DNA from: Spironucleus salmonicida
Lineage: Eukaryota
DNA length: 64,000 nt
Direction: 5' to 3'
NCBI RefSeq assembly: GCF_000497125.1
Contig: NC_090596.1
Span: forward strand, 992,001-1,056,000
The notes under the pieces: model-generated
What the model saw: the letters and a program-made list of their open reading frames with translations, nothing else
What the model was told of the DNA's origin: nothing
Database searches by the model: none
Made by a program: the position numbers and the translations under genes
Shown: positions 26,186 to 38,129 of the stretch, in pieces
Layout: the number at the start of each line of letters is the position of its first letter
Numbering within the stretch: the stretch's first letter is position 1

Positions 26186-26500
26186 TCAGTCGAAGAGGAT
26201 GTCCTCCAGGTCGATGGTTCCGCGTTGTGCGCTGGTGCTGAAGGCGTGCAGCAGCTGGCGCGGCGGTGCCGTCACGGCCACGGAGGGCCGTCTGGTGGCA
26301 GGGTGGAGCAGCTACTAGGGAGTCGGGGGCCGCTGGCTGGGAAGCGGCTGGCGGCTGTCCCGCTGCGCCCGGAGCTGCGCCAGGTAGTCCGCCTTGACGG
26401 GTCGCGGGGCTGGCTGGGGGCGCCGGGGCTCGAGCTGCTGGGCGGAGGCGGTCTGGCGGCCGCGGAAGGCATTGCGCAGCGTGACGGGGCAGACGTGCAT
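26186..26500 (-). CDS. Small Pro/Arg/Gln-rich hypothetical protein, 104 aa
   Basis: Code-6 ORF MHVCPVTLRN...IDLEDILFD, GC-rich, preceded by a short TATATATT element. Confidence 0.6.
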
Positions 26501-26535
26501 TTTCGCGGGTACGGTAATATATAGTAGCAGGTCGG

Positions 26536-27654
26536 TCACTCGCTCTTCTTGGCCTTCTTGACCGCGGCCTTGGCGGGCTCGGCCTTCTTCGGCTCGGGGT
26601 CGGACTTCTCGGCGGGGGCTGCCTCGGCCGCGGCGGAGCAGCACTTGACGGCGCACACGGCGAGGGGCACGGCGACGAGGAGGCCGGCGACGAGCGTGAG
26701 GGCGCCCACGATCAGGGCCTGCTGGAGCTGGCTGTACTGGACCACCCAGCCCATGAACTCCTGGTACCTGCCGCGGAGCTCGGCCCTGGCCTTGGCGGGG
26801 GAGCCGGCGACGGGCGCCACGAGGCCCTTGCGGACCTGGTCCACGAAGGGGAGGAAGCCGGCGAAGTCCGCGACCTCGGCGGCGTACTTGGTAGTGCCGT
26901 CCATGACGAGCGCGCAGGGGAGCACGGTGCAGTTGAAGTCCTTGATGAAGGAGTCCCACTTGCCGCCGTCCACGTGCGCGTAGTTGAAGTCCCCGGCGGC
27001 GGTCTCGACGGCCTCCACCACGTCCCTGACGTTCTCCCCGGAGGCGTGCGCGTACATGGCGAGCTTCCTGAGACTGATGTCCCTGTAGTTGTCGGGCCCG
27101 AGGGCCGGCAGCAGGCCGTGCTTCACGCTCAGAATCCATTTTCTGATAGTTTCACCATCAAATTTTCCTTAGAAAATAACTTCTCTGTCTTTACCCTTAA
27201 AAACAAGCTTATTCGCACCTTTTTTAACTTCAATTTTAACTTTTCCTTTTACTGCTTCAAAGAGCTTTTATTCTCTGCTAAGTTACTCGCTGAACCAGAT
27301 AAATTTATCACCAGTCTCTTCTTTTCCTTCAATAAGTACATCTCCTTGCATAGCTTCCATAAAATTGATCATGGCTTCAGCATTACGCTCACCATCATAA
27401 TCAAAAGTATTTCCTCCATAGAAAAACTTAAGTGCTGGGTAACCTGATACTCCATATTTTCCACAGACTTCACTGTTTTCAGTACAGTCGATTTCGACAA
27501 TATCGTATTTAGATAGTGTAGAAAGTCTTTCATACTCTGGAGCAAGAGCCTTACAGTGACCACACCATGGAGCAAAAAACTTGACAAATTGAGTTTTTTC
27601 TGGTTCAAATGTGCTTGTTGTTTGAGATAGCACTTCAGCCAAAATATATAGCAT
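26536..27654 (-). CDS. Membrane-anchored protein disulfide isomerase (TMX3-like layout), 372 aa
   Basis: Two track ORFs join in one code-6 frame: short signal peptide, thioredoxin domain FVKFFAPWCGHCK, C-terminal TM and ...KKAKKSE (KKXX ER retrieval). Confidence 0.9.
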
Positions 27655-28660
27655 TTGATTTATGGAAAGAAAATAACGATAAATTCGAAATAGCAAACGA
27701 TTATATTATATGTAGATAAATACAAATGAAAAATACCTAAGATATTATATACATAATAAACATCATTTATAATACTATTAATAATTGTTTAATTGCTTTA
27801 TATTATTGTTGATATTATTATATTGGAAAGCCTAATGTTTCGTAGTTGCGCCTAGAATCAAATTACGTGGAATAAATGTTATTTAATTAATTATGAGTAT
27901 TTATTCCTTTTGTTGTTTAAACTTTATGGATCTTGAGTAGCATTATTTCTTATAAATTGTATGCTTCATTTATATCAATTCGTATTGTACCGGAAATAGA
28001 TATCATAAAAATATGCTAAGACTAAGTATTTTATTTAAAACATATTTAAATCAAAATTTATTTTTAATCTTAAAAATGTTTTACCATTAAATCCTAAATT
28101 AAAATATTTCTAATAAACTTATATAAATATTTTAGTATTATCTTTTTTTATAGCTTGTTATTAATTTTGTGAAGCCTGATCACTTTAGTACTAACACTTA
28201 TATATCAGTAATTATTAAACATATATGTTATAATATGAAATATTATGATAACTATACTTTATATTTGAGTTTAGTTTGACTTCAAAGATTATAATAAATA
28301 AATATAGATATTCAATATGTAAAAAAATAATCCCTTATTATATTACTCTTTTGATTTTAGATATTCTTGTAAAATAATTAAATGTTTCTAATTTCGTATA
28401 AATAATTATAAATGATAAAAAGATATAATATAGAGTAAAGCTATAATTAAATTACAAATATTATTCAATTAATATATATATTTCACTAAGCAAATATCTT
28501 TGGCATATTTAATACTATTAATAAAGATTATAAAACGAAATATAAAATAATATTAAAATGAGCTAGCTAAAAGTAGTGTCTAAATTATTAACTAAGAAAA
28601 TATATTTTTCATAATGTAATTTTAAAAAATCATATTACTACAAGTGTTTAACTATTATTA

Positions 28661-30151
28661 TCAGAGCATATCATCTGAGTTTATATTTTTTACTTTTTAA
28701 TATGTTTTTAAACATTTATATTTGAGACTAAACTAAATGAAACACACCACCACAGTTATTATCATAACAATAGCCATTTGAAGACTCATAAAAAAGTAAT
28801 ACTCATCGTTTAAAGAAATCAAAATTTGCATGAAGCAATCATCTTCTGCTTCACCTTTTAATAAAAGAAGAAAACTTGTCGAATACATTTTTTACATTTT
28901 CTCAATTAGTTACTAGTTTTTTAAAAAGTTAACTTTAAATTCAGTATCAGAGGCATTGAAAAAAATATTTTTCGTCAATAAAACTTAATAGTTATCTTCA
29001 AGTTAATGCTCTAAACTGATATAACCCTGAATTAGTAATGTATAATTACCAGTTTTTAACTCACAATCTTAAACTACTTTACTATAAAGTTTCATAATAT
29101 TATTATTTAAACTAAAAATGCTATCAAAAAAACATGTTCTACCTGTTTCGGCCATTAATATATATCTTGCCATATGCCCGCGATTTACCAAGTTTATACC
29201 AAGAATAATGGCAGAATTTTCAGCATAAGATTAGATTGCACATTAAAGAAACGTAGATTTGTCTAAAAATTAATTTTAATTCAAAAATAATGAAATATCG
29301 TCATCATCCGATAAAAACTAATCAATAGGCATAATTAAATTATATGAACAAGTGCTAAATTTGAAATTCATATTTACATACTAAAATGTTTATGCAAATT
29401 TTTTGAAATTTGTATCAACTTTAATATGAACAAAAACACCATCAGAATACAAAAAAGCATCAGTAATTACACCTATAGGTGTAAGATAGCTTTCAGAGAT
29501 TAAAAATTGGTCTGTCTCAGCTGAATCTTATACTAAATCTCCATAGTATATAGTTAATAATTAACTCTGAATTCCAAATAAAGAGATGCGATCAGAAAAG
29601 TCAGGCATACTAATATTGAAACTTATTGTGGATTCTAGAGTAGTGATTATATTCTAATAAAAAGTTTAGCAATTGACTATACAAATGGTAAAAGCCACGT
29701 TTGTAACAGGTTCTACTATAACAGGATTAAGAATTACTTCAAAGTGTAGTAATTTATCGTCATATTCAGACTTATTTACTCTCTCAATTACATATGATGA
29801 ATCTGATCTTGTTAATGTTACTTCTTAAACTTACTAGAAGTACACATGAGAATATGACTTGAGATAAAATGAAACAGCTTAAATGCCAAAATAGTCTGAT
29901 ACTTAACCAACTTAAAATGTAACTATAAGATCTGTATTTGTTGTAAAATTGATAAGAGTTGTTTAAATATCCAGTGTAGAATCTGAAAATCTAAGCTCAA
30001 ATATAACACCAGGTGGAAAACTGTTACATTGTACGTCTCCAGTGGGGTAAAGATGTAGACTAACAACATTAAGTAATGCTTAAATTTTGAATTATGTTTA
30101 TATTGTGTAACAATTATCGATGGTTATGAGCTATGTAATTATAACTATCAT
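28661..30151 (-). CDS. Distant paralogue of the 542-aa membrane family, 496 aa, AT-rich
   Basis: IDNCYTIQT...QCNSFPPGV...LKSYSH aligns with LTNCYSTQT...QCAVFPQGV...VYSYGY. C-terminal TM. Reading frame spot-checked, not read end to end. Confidence 0.75.
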
Positions 30152-30554
30152 TTCTACTCAGATTCAAAGTTTGTATTAGTAAATATTATGACAAATAAAG
30201 AATTTATCAGTTATTTTTTTAAGTTATACAAACTTTTTCTATTGATAATTATAATTTTTTAAGTATAATCGTTATTATTTAATTTATTATATACTTGAGT
30301 TTAAATGTAAAAGTATTGTATTTAAAAATAACATAAATATATAAACAATACTGATACTTAATTAAAATTTTGGAACAGTTAGTACTTTCTAAATAATTAT
30401 ATCTATATTATTAATACATGTAATTATTATAATTTTTAATTAATTTTAATATAGCTTATAATTAAATAAATACAAGTTATTATTGATATAGATTATTTTA
30501 TCGAATAAAAATTATACTATATAAAAATTTGAAGCAAGAATTAATCACCTCCCC

Positions 30555-31205
30555 TCAGAAGATACGGACAGATGTGCCCATGGTAGAGCAGATATGAATG
30601 GTTTTAATGTTTTACCAACCTTTCTTTAACTGTTCGACGAGGGTATTAATGGTGAGCATGATATTTCTGGTAACGTCCTCAGAAGAGGAGTTAACAAGAC
30701 CAACAGCCCAGTTAAGGCCGAGAACTTTCTTGAACTGAACTTTAACAGTACGCTTGATCTCATTGACCTTGTTAGTAAGACTGTCTTCAGGGTTAAGGGG
30801 GAAAGGCTGTCTGTTGATCTTAGTAAGGGAAGGCCCGAGAACTTTAGTGATATTTCTGACCTGAGACTTTGAAACAAGGACTACATCATAACGCTTGAAA
30901 TAACGCTTGATCATCTTAGCATCCTTATTGAATTGAGTACCGAGAGCTTCAAAAGCAAGGAATTCGACATTCTCCTTTTCGCATCTACCGCAATCAGCGG
31001 CATCAGCAAGGCAGATGATTTTAACGTTAGCCTTGGGCATGCAAGGAAGGATGAGGGGAACGTTGAAACGAGGGTCCTTCTTAGGATCATAGTTCTTAAG
31101 ACCAACTTAGAGTTCTACGGTTTCAATAAACTTTCTGGGCTTAACCTGAGAGTTTTTGACAACGGTTTCAACAGCTTCTACTACAGTTTTGTGAACGAGA
31201 GACAT
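30555..31205 (-). CDS. RPL10A: 60S ribosomal protein L10a (uL1), 216 aa
   Basis: [24 protein letters not shown]...LKKGWQNIKTIHICSTMG. Conserved Gln positions are TAA. Confidence 0.96.
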
Positions 31206-31211
31206 CTACCG

Positions 31212-31222
31212 AGGAGTGGAAA
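31212..31222 (-). promoter_or_regulatory. C-rich upstream motif TTTCCACTCCT, 6 nt before the RPL10A ATG
   Basis: Identical 11-mer to the one upstream of PheRS. Confidence 0.6.
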
Positions 31223-31387
31223 TTACAATTTATTTGCTATTATGTATAACTATAACTATATAATATTAAGTATATATAAAAGTAAAAACCAATTATCTCA
31301 AATTTAACTATTATTTTATATTAATATCAAATAGTTATTCTGAATCAATAACTATTATTAAATAAACTTATTTTATCTAATTCCAGA

Positions 31388-31717
31388 ATGGGATGTGGAG
31401 GATCATTTATCGAAGAGTACGAAGCAGTGGCAAAAGACGCACAAAGGGAGAAACTACCGCCCTGGATGCGCGAACCATTACAGAAGTCTACAGAGGGTGT
31501 GCAGCTCTATCTGCAGATCCAGGAGGAGGAGTTCATCGATTTTGACATTCTAGAGGCAATCGGAAAGCTGGACACCGACATGCGGGACTCGGGCCGCTCA
31601 GCGATCTGGAACCCCGGCAAGGGCACGCAGAACTTCGATACGCAGTCATACGAGAAGGTCGACAAGAACCTCTTCAACATCCAGGAGAACCTCTCCGATG
31701 AGCAGGGAACGGAGTGA
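31388..31717 (+). CDS. Small protein, 109 aa, MGCGGS start (possible dual acylation)
   Basis: Track ORF ending GAG TGA. Confidence 0.8.
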   Translation: MGCGGSFIEEYEAVAKDAQREKLPPWMREPLQKSTEGVQLYLQIQEEEFIDFDILEAIGKLDTDMRDSGRSAIWNPGKGTQNFDTQSYEKVDKNLFNIQENLSDEQGTE

Positions 31718-31723
31718 AAGCGA

Positions 31724-33028
31724 TCACTCGGGAGCGCCACGCGCCACACCGGTAAGTTCCCTGCTCCGCTGGCACGTGTGCACGCTGGAGGCCAGGATCA
31801 CCGCCGTTGACTCTGCGACGTCCGCGAGCTCCTTTCTGAACTCCTGAATTTCGACTCCTTTCTAATACAAATTCTCGTAAAATGCGTCGATTTCGGCCTT
31901 GGGGCGAGGAGTGCTGGTTTGGAGCGGGTTTGCTGCGGGCTAATTTTTCTTGTTTTTCTAACCGTTCTAGGCGTCTCTGGACCGCTTTTGGAGCGCGAGC
32001 TGTGCGGCGTTTTCGTTGATTTTCGGATTGTAGCTGAACTCCTCTTCTGGCAGATCTGAGGGCGCTGCGAATTCGCGTCTGGGGAGCAGGTAGCTTAGCT
32101 CAATCGGGACTCGGTCCTCAACCGTTTTGCTGTTTATTTGGGGCTGGAAGCTGTGCGTGAGCGTTTTACTTTGCTTCACTTTTGCGCTGAGCTTCGCATT
32201 GGCCTCCTTCAGCATCAGGAACTGCCGCTGGACGACTTTTTCGGTGACCTCGAGCTCCTTTGCTAAGGTGGTGATTTTCGGCTTAAAGTCATAGTCCTCG
32301 TTGTACTTTTCGGCTAATTTGCATACTTTCGCCTTTTGAAAGTCGCTATAACCGGTTGGGTTCTGAACGAAATTCTACTACCTTTTTTAGGCAAGAATCT
32401 CTGATTTTTAGTTGATTTGTGGCTAGAAGTTATCCATCTGGACTACGACTTTCTTTTCTGGTTTCGGTCTTTCGGTAAATTAATAATCGTTTATTTTTGG
32501 AGAAAATAGGTATTTCTCTTCTTATACTTGCTTAGGCTGGGATTTTTGAATGCTGAACTCCTTGACTTCCGTGGATGTAATCAAATCAATTTTTTTTTAT
32601 TTCTATAAGTCTAGGATTCTCTATTTCACTGCAACTTGTTGAGGGGTGGCAAAAACGACCTTAGGATATAATTCAGCTCCATTTTCGATTTAAGATAGAA
32701 CTTGTTTCATAAAATTTTAAAGCAATTCCTCAGGAAGCTGAAATTATTCTAAATAATTCATCGCGATTTATGTGTGCACTTGCCTAATGGTAACCGCACC
32801 ATTATATAGGAGAGGGTCTAAAACTTTCGGTAATTTGAACGTGTGCCTTGTAGACTCTACATCCAAACCTGCACCAGGTGAATATTACTAAGGGATAAGT
32901 AAGTTAATAGTATGAAATTGAGGCTCTGTAATATTTATTTTCTATTATTTCTAAGTAGAGTTCTGTAGAAGTGCAATAGCTCTTTGTTTTCTAGACTGTG
33001 ATAAAGTAGATGAAAGTGACGAATTCAT
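31724..33028 (-). CDS. Hypothetical protein, 434 aa, repeated FxPxIN/T motifs (possibly cytoskeletal)
   Basis: Code-6 ORF with FSPKIN, FQPQIN twice, FKPKIT and YNPKIN. Ends GAG TGA, 6 bp from the convergent 31717 stop. Confidence 0.8.
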
Positions 33029-33727
33029 TTAAAATGGGAATAGATTTGTTATATATTATACCTCAAGCGGATTAACCTCAAAAAATTATAAACTATATAT
33101 TATCAATATGTTTAATGAATATAGGATATAATATTATTATGGCTCATATTTTGGAAACTTAGACATTGCCCAATGCTCAAATAATAATTAAAAACAATGT
33201 TTGATGTTAAATCGACCACTTATAAATTAAATGGTAAATTCAATCAATTTAGTGGGTAGAAAAATCAATAAATATTTTAGCATTTAATATAGTGTGATTC
33301 AAAAATATACCAGTATTTTGGTACTTATAAATAGTAAATCCTTTAATGAACTAAAATACACTTTTTTAAATCATAAATAAATGAATTAGTAAATGTAAGT
33401 GTAAATAAAATTATGTTTGGCTTATTTTCATAGTATAAATTCAAAATCATGGTTGTTGCGCTAAAACAAATTCGCAATTAATCTTTATTCGTTCATTAAT
33501 AATATTATTTCTTATAAATTTGTTTTTAATCAAATTATTACTTATTTTTAACATATTAGGATCTAAGGAGTATATTTATTTAATAATTATATTCAAATTC
33601 CATTAGTTTTCTACACAAATTTCTATATATAAAAAAATTAACTAGTTTCAGTATTACTAATCAAACTCGCGATTAAATTATATTATTATATATAATTTAT
33701 AATAAAACTAGTCAACTATAGTTGAGA

Positions 33728-34339
33728 ATGGACGAAAATTAATTATAAGAATTCAAAAACAAAACCCTAGAATTTGCATTAATAGCATCGATTCCAATTT
33801 GTTACTATCCATTTATAACGAAAACCTACCAAATGAGCCTTTACCAGCTTTCTGAATTTTTGCAAAAATCATACAAAACAACATTCTCATACATCCAAAT
33901 AGCTTTAGAGATTTTTCTCTCTTTTTCCGATTTCGTCCTCTTCAAAATCTCATTCCAGTCATCCCGAAATCAGTATTTATGCATTTTCTACCATTCTTCC
34001 ATATTCATTTACCTGCTTTACGGCTTTGCGCGGGACATCGAGAACCCTACGATTTCGCCCGTGGTCGATATTTTTAACAAAACAATGCTCTTTGGAGCTC
34101 AGTTTATCACATATAAGCTCTTCCAAAGCTACACGTCCAATTAACCGGATTTCCAGTCAAATTTCTAGTTCGGAAAGCACCTGCAGAGCCAAATCCAGCA
34201 AGTATTCGTCTGCCCCGTTGCGCTAGGCCTCTGCCTCCTGAACTTTCACCAGCTGTGCAAATTCACGAATCTGGTCCCCCAGGAGGCGCAGAACGGAGAA
34301 TTCGACAACGCAATCCTCATCAACTACCAGTTCTAGTGA
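33728..34339 (+). CDS. Hypothetical, possibly membrane, protein, 203 aa
   Basis: Code-6 ORF ending TAG TGA, with hydrophobic stretches. Confidence 0.7.
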
Positions 34340-34348
34340 GCAAACTCT

Positions 34349-35431
34349 TCACTGCGCGAACTCCGTTTCGCACATGCCTTTCCTGCTCTCTGCGTCGAGT
34401 TTGAAGGGCGCGAATCCGGCGAAAACGGCCGCAATCGGGCACGCGAACTCCCCGCACGCCGCCAGTTTGACGGGCCGGTTTTGGTAGAATACCCTGAGCA
34501 CATCGCCGGCCAAAAGCTCGAAAACGATGTCGCTGGCGAACCTCGGCAGCTCGCACTCCCAGGCCCTGTTCGTTAGCGCAGACATCAGCGGGGCGATAAC
34601 GGTATCGTGCGAGGAGAAAATACCGAATTTGAGCCCGGATTGCATGAAGGATTCAATATCGTCGAAAATTGGGCCGATTGCCGCTTTCGTGTGGCTAGTG
34701 TAGAGCGTGTCGTTTTGGTTGCAGAAGAGGCCGTTCCAGAGCTTGTTCGTTTCGGCCTATGCCATGCGGAGCTCGTTGTCAGTGGCTGGGTGCGACTAGT
34801 TCATCGAAATCGACGACTAGAACGAGTCGTAGAACATGTCCCAATTTAGAGTGGTATTCGTCTTTGCCCTGAGCGCATTCAATTTCTTCAGATCGAAGCG
34901 CGTCTGGCTCTCGATGTACTGTTTGAATCCGATACGCCAGTTGCAAAGGTAGTGTGGGAACGTGCCGTCCAGCTGCGAATTTGGAGTGTAAACGGTCACG
35001 TTTTGGGGCACTGGGTACATCCCCTCTAGCTGGCCAGCGAGCGAGGCACGCGTTCTTGGAGTATCAGAAGACCGCAAATAGACGGTTGAGGGGTCATATT
35101 TTGAGCCGATTAGGTGGGAATATGCGAGTCTCCATCTTTTTCCCAGCTCTTTGTGCTGGTCAAAGCCGAGCTACACTAAATCACCTGGTTCACAGTTTTT
35201 AGATGGCTAATTGATCTTATGCTGGTGCTTTCCGTAGGAGATTATTGGCTACAGGCAAATAGGGTCCTATTCGCCAGGCAGCGGGTGGAATGAGGTTCTC
35301 GCACCATGGCGTGAAATGACAAGAACTTTTTGCACATCTGAAATTTAGTATTTTAGGTAGCTTTACACTAGAAATAATAGCGTTGTGAAGGAGACAATGA
35401 TTAAAGTTAAATATTTAACTTTTACTGCCAT
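34349..35431 (-). CDS. Histidine acid phosphatase (branch 2), 360 aa, N-terminal signal or anchor
   Basis: RHGART active-site motif, GDLV/GLDQHKELG segment and SSHDTVI acid motif in one code-6 frame. Confidence 0.9.
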
Positions 35432-35591
35432 TAGTGAAATGGCGAAAATAAATAAATTTCTTATATGGAATACAATAGATACTTTGCACATAATTTTTAA
35501 ATTGTATTCATGGATTATATACAGCTAATCATTCTATTGGTTGAAAAAGTATTTAAATACAAGTAGATCGGTTTACAGTTAACTAATAAAT

Positions 35592-35843
35592 TCACTACAT
35601 GCTTGAATTATTCAAGTCGTTTAAAATTTGAGTTAAATTTTAAACACTTTCGTTAAATCTACTCTTTTCAGTATGCAATTAATAGTCAGTAGGCAAACTT
35701 AAAGTTCTAGATTCAATATGTGATTTTTAATCTTCGATAATAAAAGAAATAGATTTAGGCTTTGGAACACACTAGGTCATTGACTCTTACTGTAGTAAAA
35801 ATCGATCTGCTGATAAGATTGTGTTATCAACCATTGCTCCCAT
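35592..35843 (-). CDS. Small hypothetical protein, 83 aa, MG-initiated family (MGAMVDNTILSADRFLL...)
   Basis: Code-6 ORF ending TAG TGA, with the SADxFLL motif. Confidence 0.65.
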
Positions 35844-36735
35844 TTTCTAAAAAAGAGAAAGTACTCTAATTTAAAAATATCTAGTTATCTATAATAATAG
35901 ATATAATTGGTTATATATAATGTAAGGGAAAAACTAAGTAAATAGGTTAGAAGTTTGTAATTAAAGCAAAAATGAAGGATAATAAAAACTAAACAAAAAC
36001 GTATGTGTCAGTTTTTTAAATATTGTTATTTAAGGATAATATACAGAAACATGGAAAAACAATAATATACAATATAAGTTGGAAAATTAGGTTTTCTAAC
36101 ACTTGCATTATTTAAAATAACTCATCAATAAAGTGTTTCGTTTATTAGTAAGAGTTAAGGTTAAATAAAATTTGAATCTACTTAAAATTATCTTTACAAA
36201 TTCCTCGAAAGGGCCGGACGATTTTTGGGTTAGGAATAATATTAAGATTACTTATCATAAAATCTAGAAATCCATAAAAATTATAGGGTTAAGGCTTATT
36301 TTTTTATAGTACTATTAAAATATCCCATAATTTACTAAACTGTTATTTCCGATGTATGATATGCTTTTACAACTCAAAGTAGAAATACGACTAGATTAAA
36401 AGTATAACCGGAAATTTGTTATCAAAATTAATACCTATGATTAACACTTATAAATTTATTTTATTGTCGTGATATAATAATTAGTGTAAACGTCATAGTG
36501 GATGCATTTATTATTTTTTAATTTAATCTCAAATACAATATGTTGTAGAGAAAACCATTATAATGTAAACTGATATACTATTTTGTATTCATATATAAAT
36601 ATTTATCAAGTTTAGATCTTATATAAAGCATAAATGATAATATTAATTATTCAAAGTCATTAATTATCTTAAATTTTATTTATCTGCACTAAATATTATA
36701 TAATATTTTCTATTTATACCGCTTCTAACTATAAA

Positions 36736-37377
36736 ATGTCACCTGGTAATGCAGTCTAAATTATAAAAATTATAGAACAACTTATTTTCATTCATAATTA
36801 AATTACATATTCGTTATAAGTAACAAAGCATCCTCCATAATTGAAACATGTATAGATATCAATTAATCGCCAACTTGTAACTCTCCTAGAGTGTATAAAG
36901 ACAAAATCTAATTATGGATTTTTTGCAGAGCTTTCTCTACTGTTTGACTAATTTTATCAAGGGACAAAAAGTCTTAATGCATTCTTGAATTACCTTCCTG
37001 AAATTATGTCCAACATCGAAATACTTCAAGTATATGACCTCAATAAACACTCAAACCTATTTATTTTTTATAGTAAAATATTTAAGTAGAAAACTTTTAA
37101 TTTCCAGCTTTTCCATTGTGAATAAGAAGAACGAAAAGTTTTCTAGAAAGAAAAAATAAAAGATTTTAATGTTGCTACAATAAAAGTAAAAGAGCGAGAA
37201 ATCTAATCTTTAAAATATACTTAACCTAAAACTAATGTTCGGTCTATTAAAACAGTATCTGGTCTTCGAAAAATATGCCAAAAACAACAATAGTTAATTG
37301 ATAAGTTAAAAGAAAGTGGCCAGTTTATCGATGAAATCAAGCTTTTAGAATTCGAAATTAGGTAGCTAGGTATTTGA
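36736..37377 (+). CDS. Hypothetical protein, 213 aa
   Basis: Code-6 ORF MSPGNAVQII...EIRQLGI. Confidence 0.7.
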
Positions 37378-37425
37378 AATGAGAGTGGTTTTTATTTTAT
37401 CTTATTTGTCGCCTTTCATACCTAA

Positions 37426-38028
37426 TGGATTCTGAGCGTGAAGCACGGCCTGCTGCCGGCCCTCGGGCCCGACAACTACCGGGACATCAGTCTCAGGAAG
37501 CTCGCCATGTACGCGCACGCCTCCGGGGAGAACGTCAGGGACGTGGTGGAGGCCGTCGAGACCGCCGCCGGGGACTTCAACTACGCGCACGTGGACGGCG
37601 GCAAGTGGGACTCCTTCATCAAGGACTTCAACTGCACCGTGCTCCCCTGCGCGCTCGTCATGGACGGCACTACCAAGTACGCCGCCGAGGTCGCGGACTT
37701 CGCCGGCTTCCTCCCCTTCGTGGACCAGGTCCGCAAGGGCCTCGTGGCGCCCGTCGCCGGCTCCCCCGCCAAGGCCAGGGCCGAGCTCCGCGGCAGGTAC
37801 CAGGAGTTCATGGGCTGGGTGGTCCAGTACAGCCAGCTCCAGCAGGCCCTGATCGTGGGCGCCCTCACGCTCGTCGCCGGCCTCCTCGTCGCCGTGCCCC
37901 TCGCCGTGTGCGCCGTCAAGTGCTGCTCCGCCGCGGCCGAGGCAGCCCCCGCCGAGAAGTCCGACCCCGAGCCGAAGAAGGCCGAGCCCGCCAAGGCCGC
38001 GGTCAAGAAGGCCAAGAAGAGCGAGTGA
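37426..38028 (+). pseudogene. 5'-truncated duplicate of the PDI gene (no signal peptide or CGHC domain)
   Basis: Protein sequence identical to the PDI C-terminal half. In-frame TGA at 37375 upstream; first in-frame ATG at 37507. Confidence 0.8.
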
Positions 38029-38063
38029 CCGACCTGCTACTATATATTACCGTACCCGCGAAA

Positions 38064-38109
38064 ATGCACGTCTGCCCCGTCACGCCTGGAGGACATCCTC
38101 TTCGACTGA
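38064..38109 (+). pseudogene. Internally deleted remnant of the 26186-26500 ORF
   Basis: ATGCACGTCTGCCCCGTCACG is joined directly to CCTGGAGGACATCCTCTTCGACTGA; 269 bp are missing. Confidence 0.85.
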
Positions 38110-38129
38110 CAGCGTACGACCCCGATCAC

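Larger units (their letters stand above)
24306..27140. repeat. Left arm of large inverted duplication (near-identical core; colinear homology extends to 22695)
   Basis: Reverse complement of 37424-39989, apart from a 269-bp deletion in the right arm and some patch differences. Confidence 0.95.

Noticed and set aside
36051-36359. About 100-codon code-6 ORF (similar cases near 41760, 42790, 43673 and 50480-50860)
   Set aside because: With a single stop codon, ORFs of this size arise by chance, and no motif or clear frame supports them.
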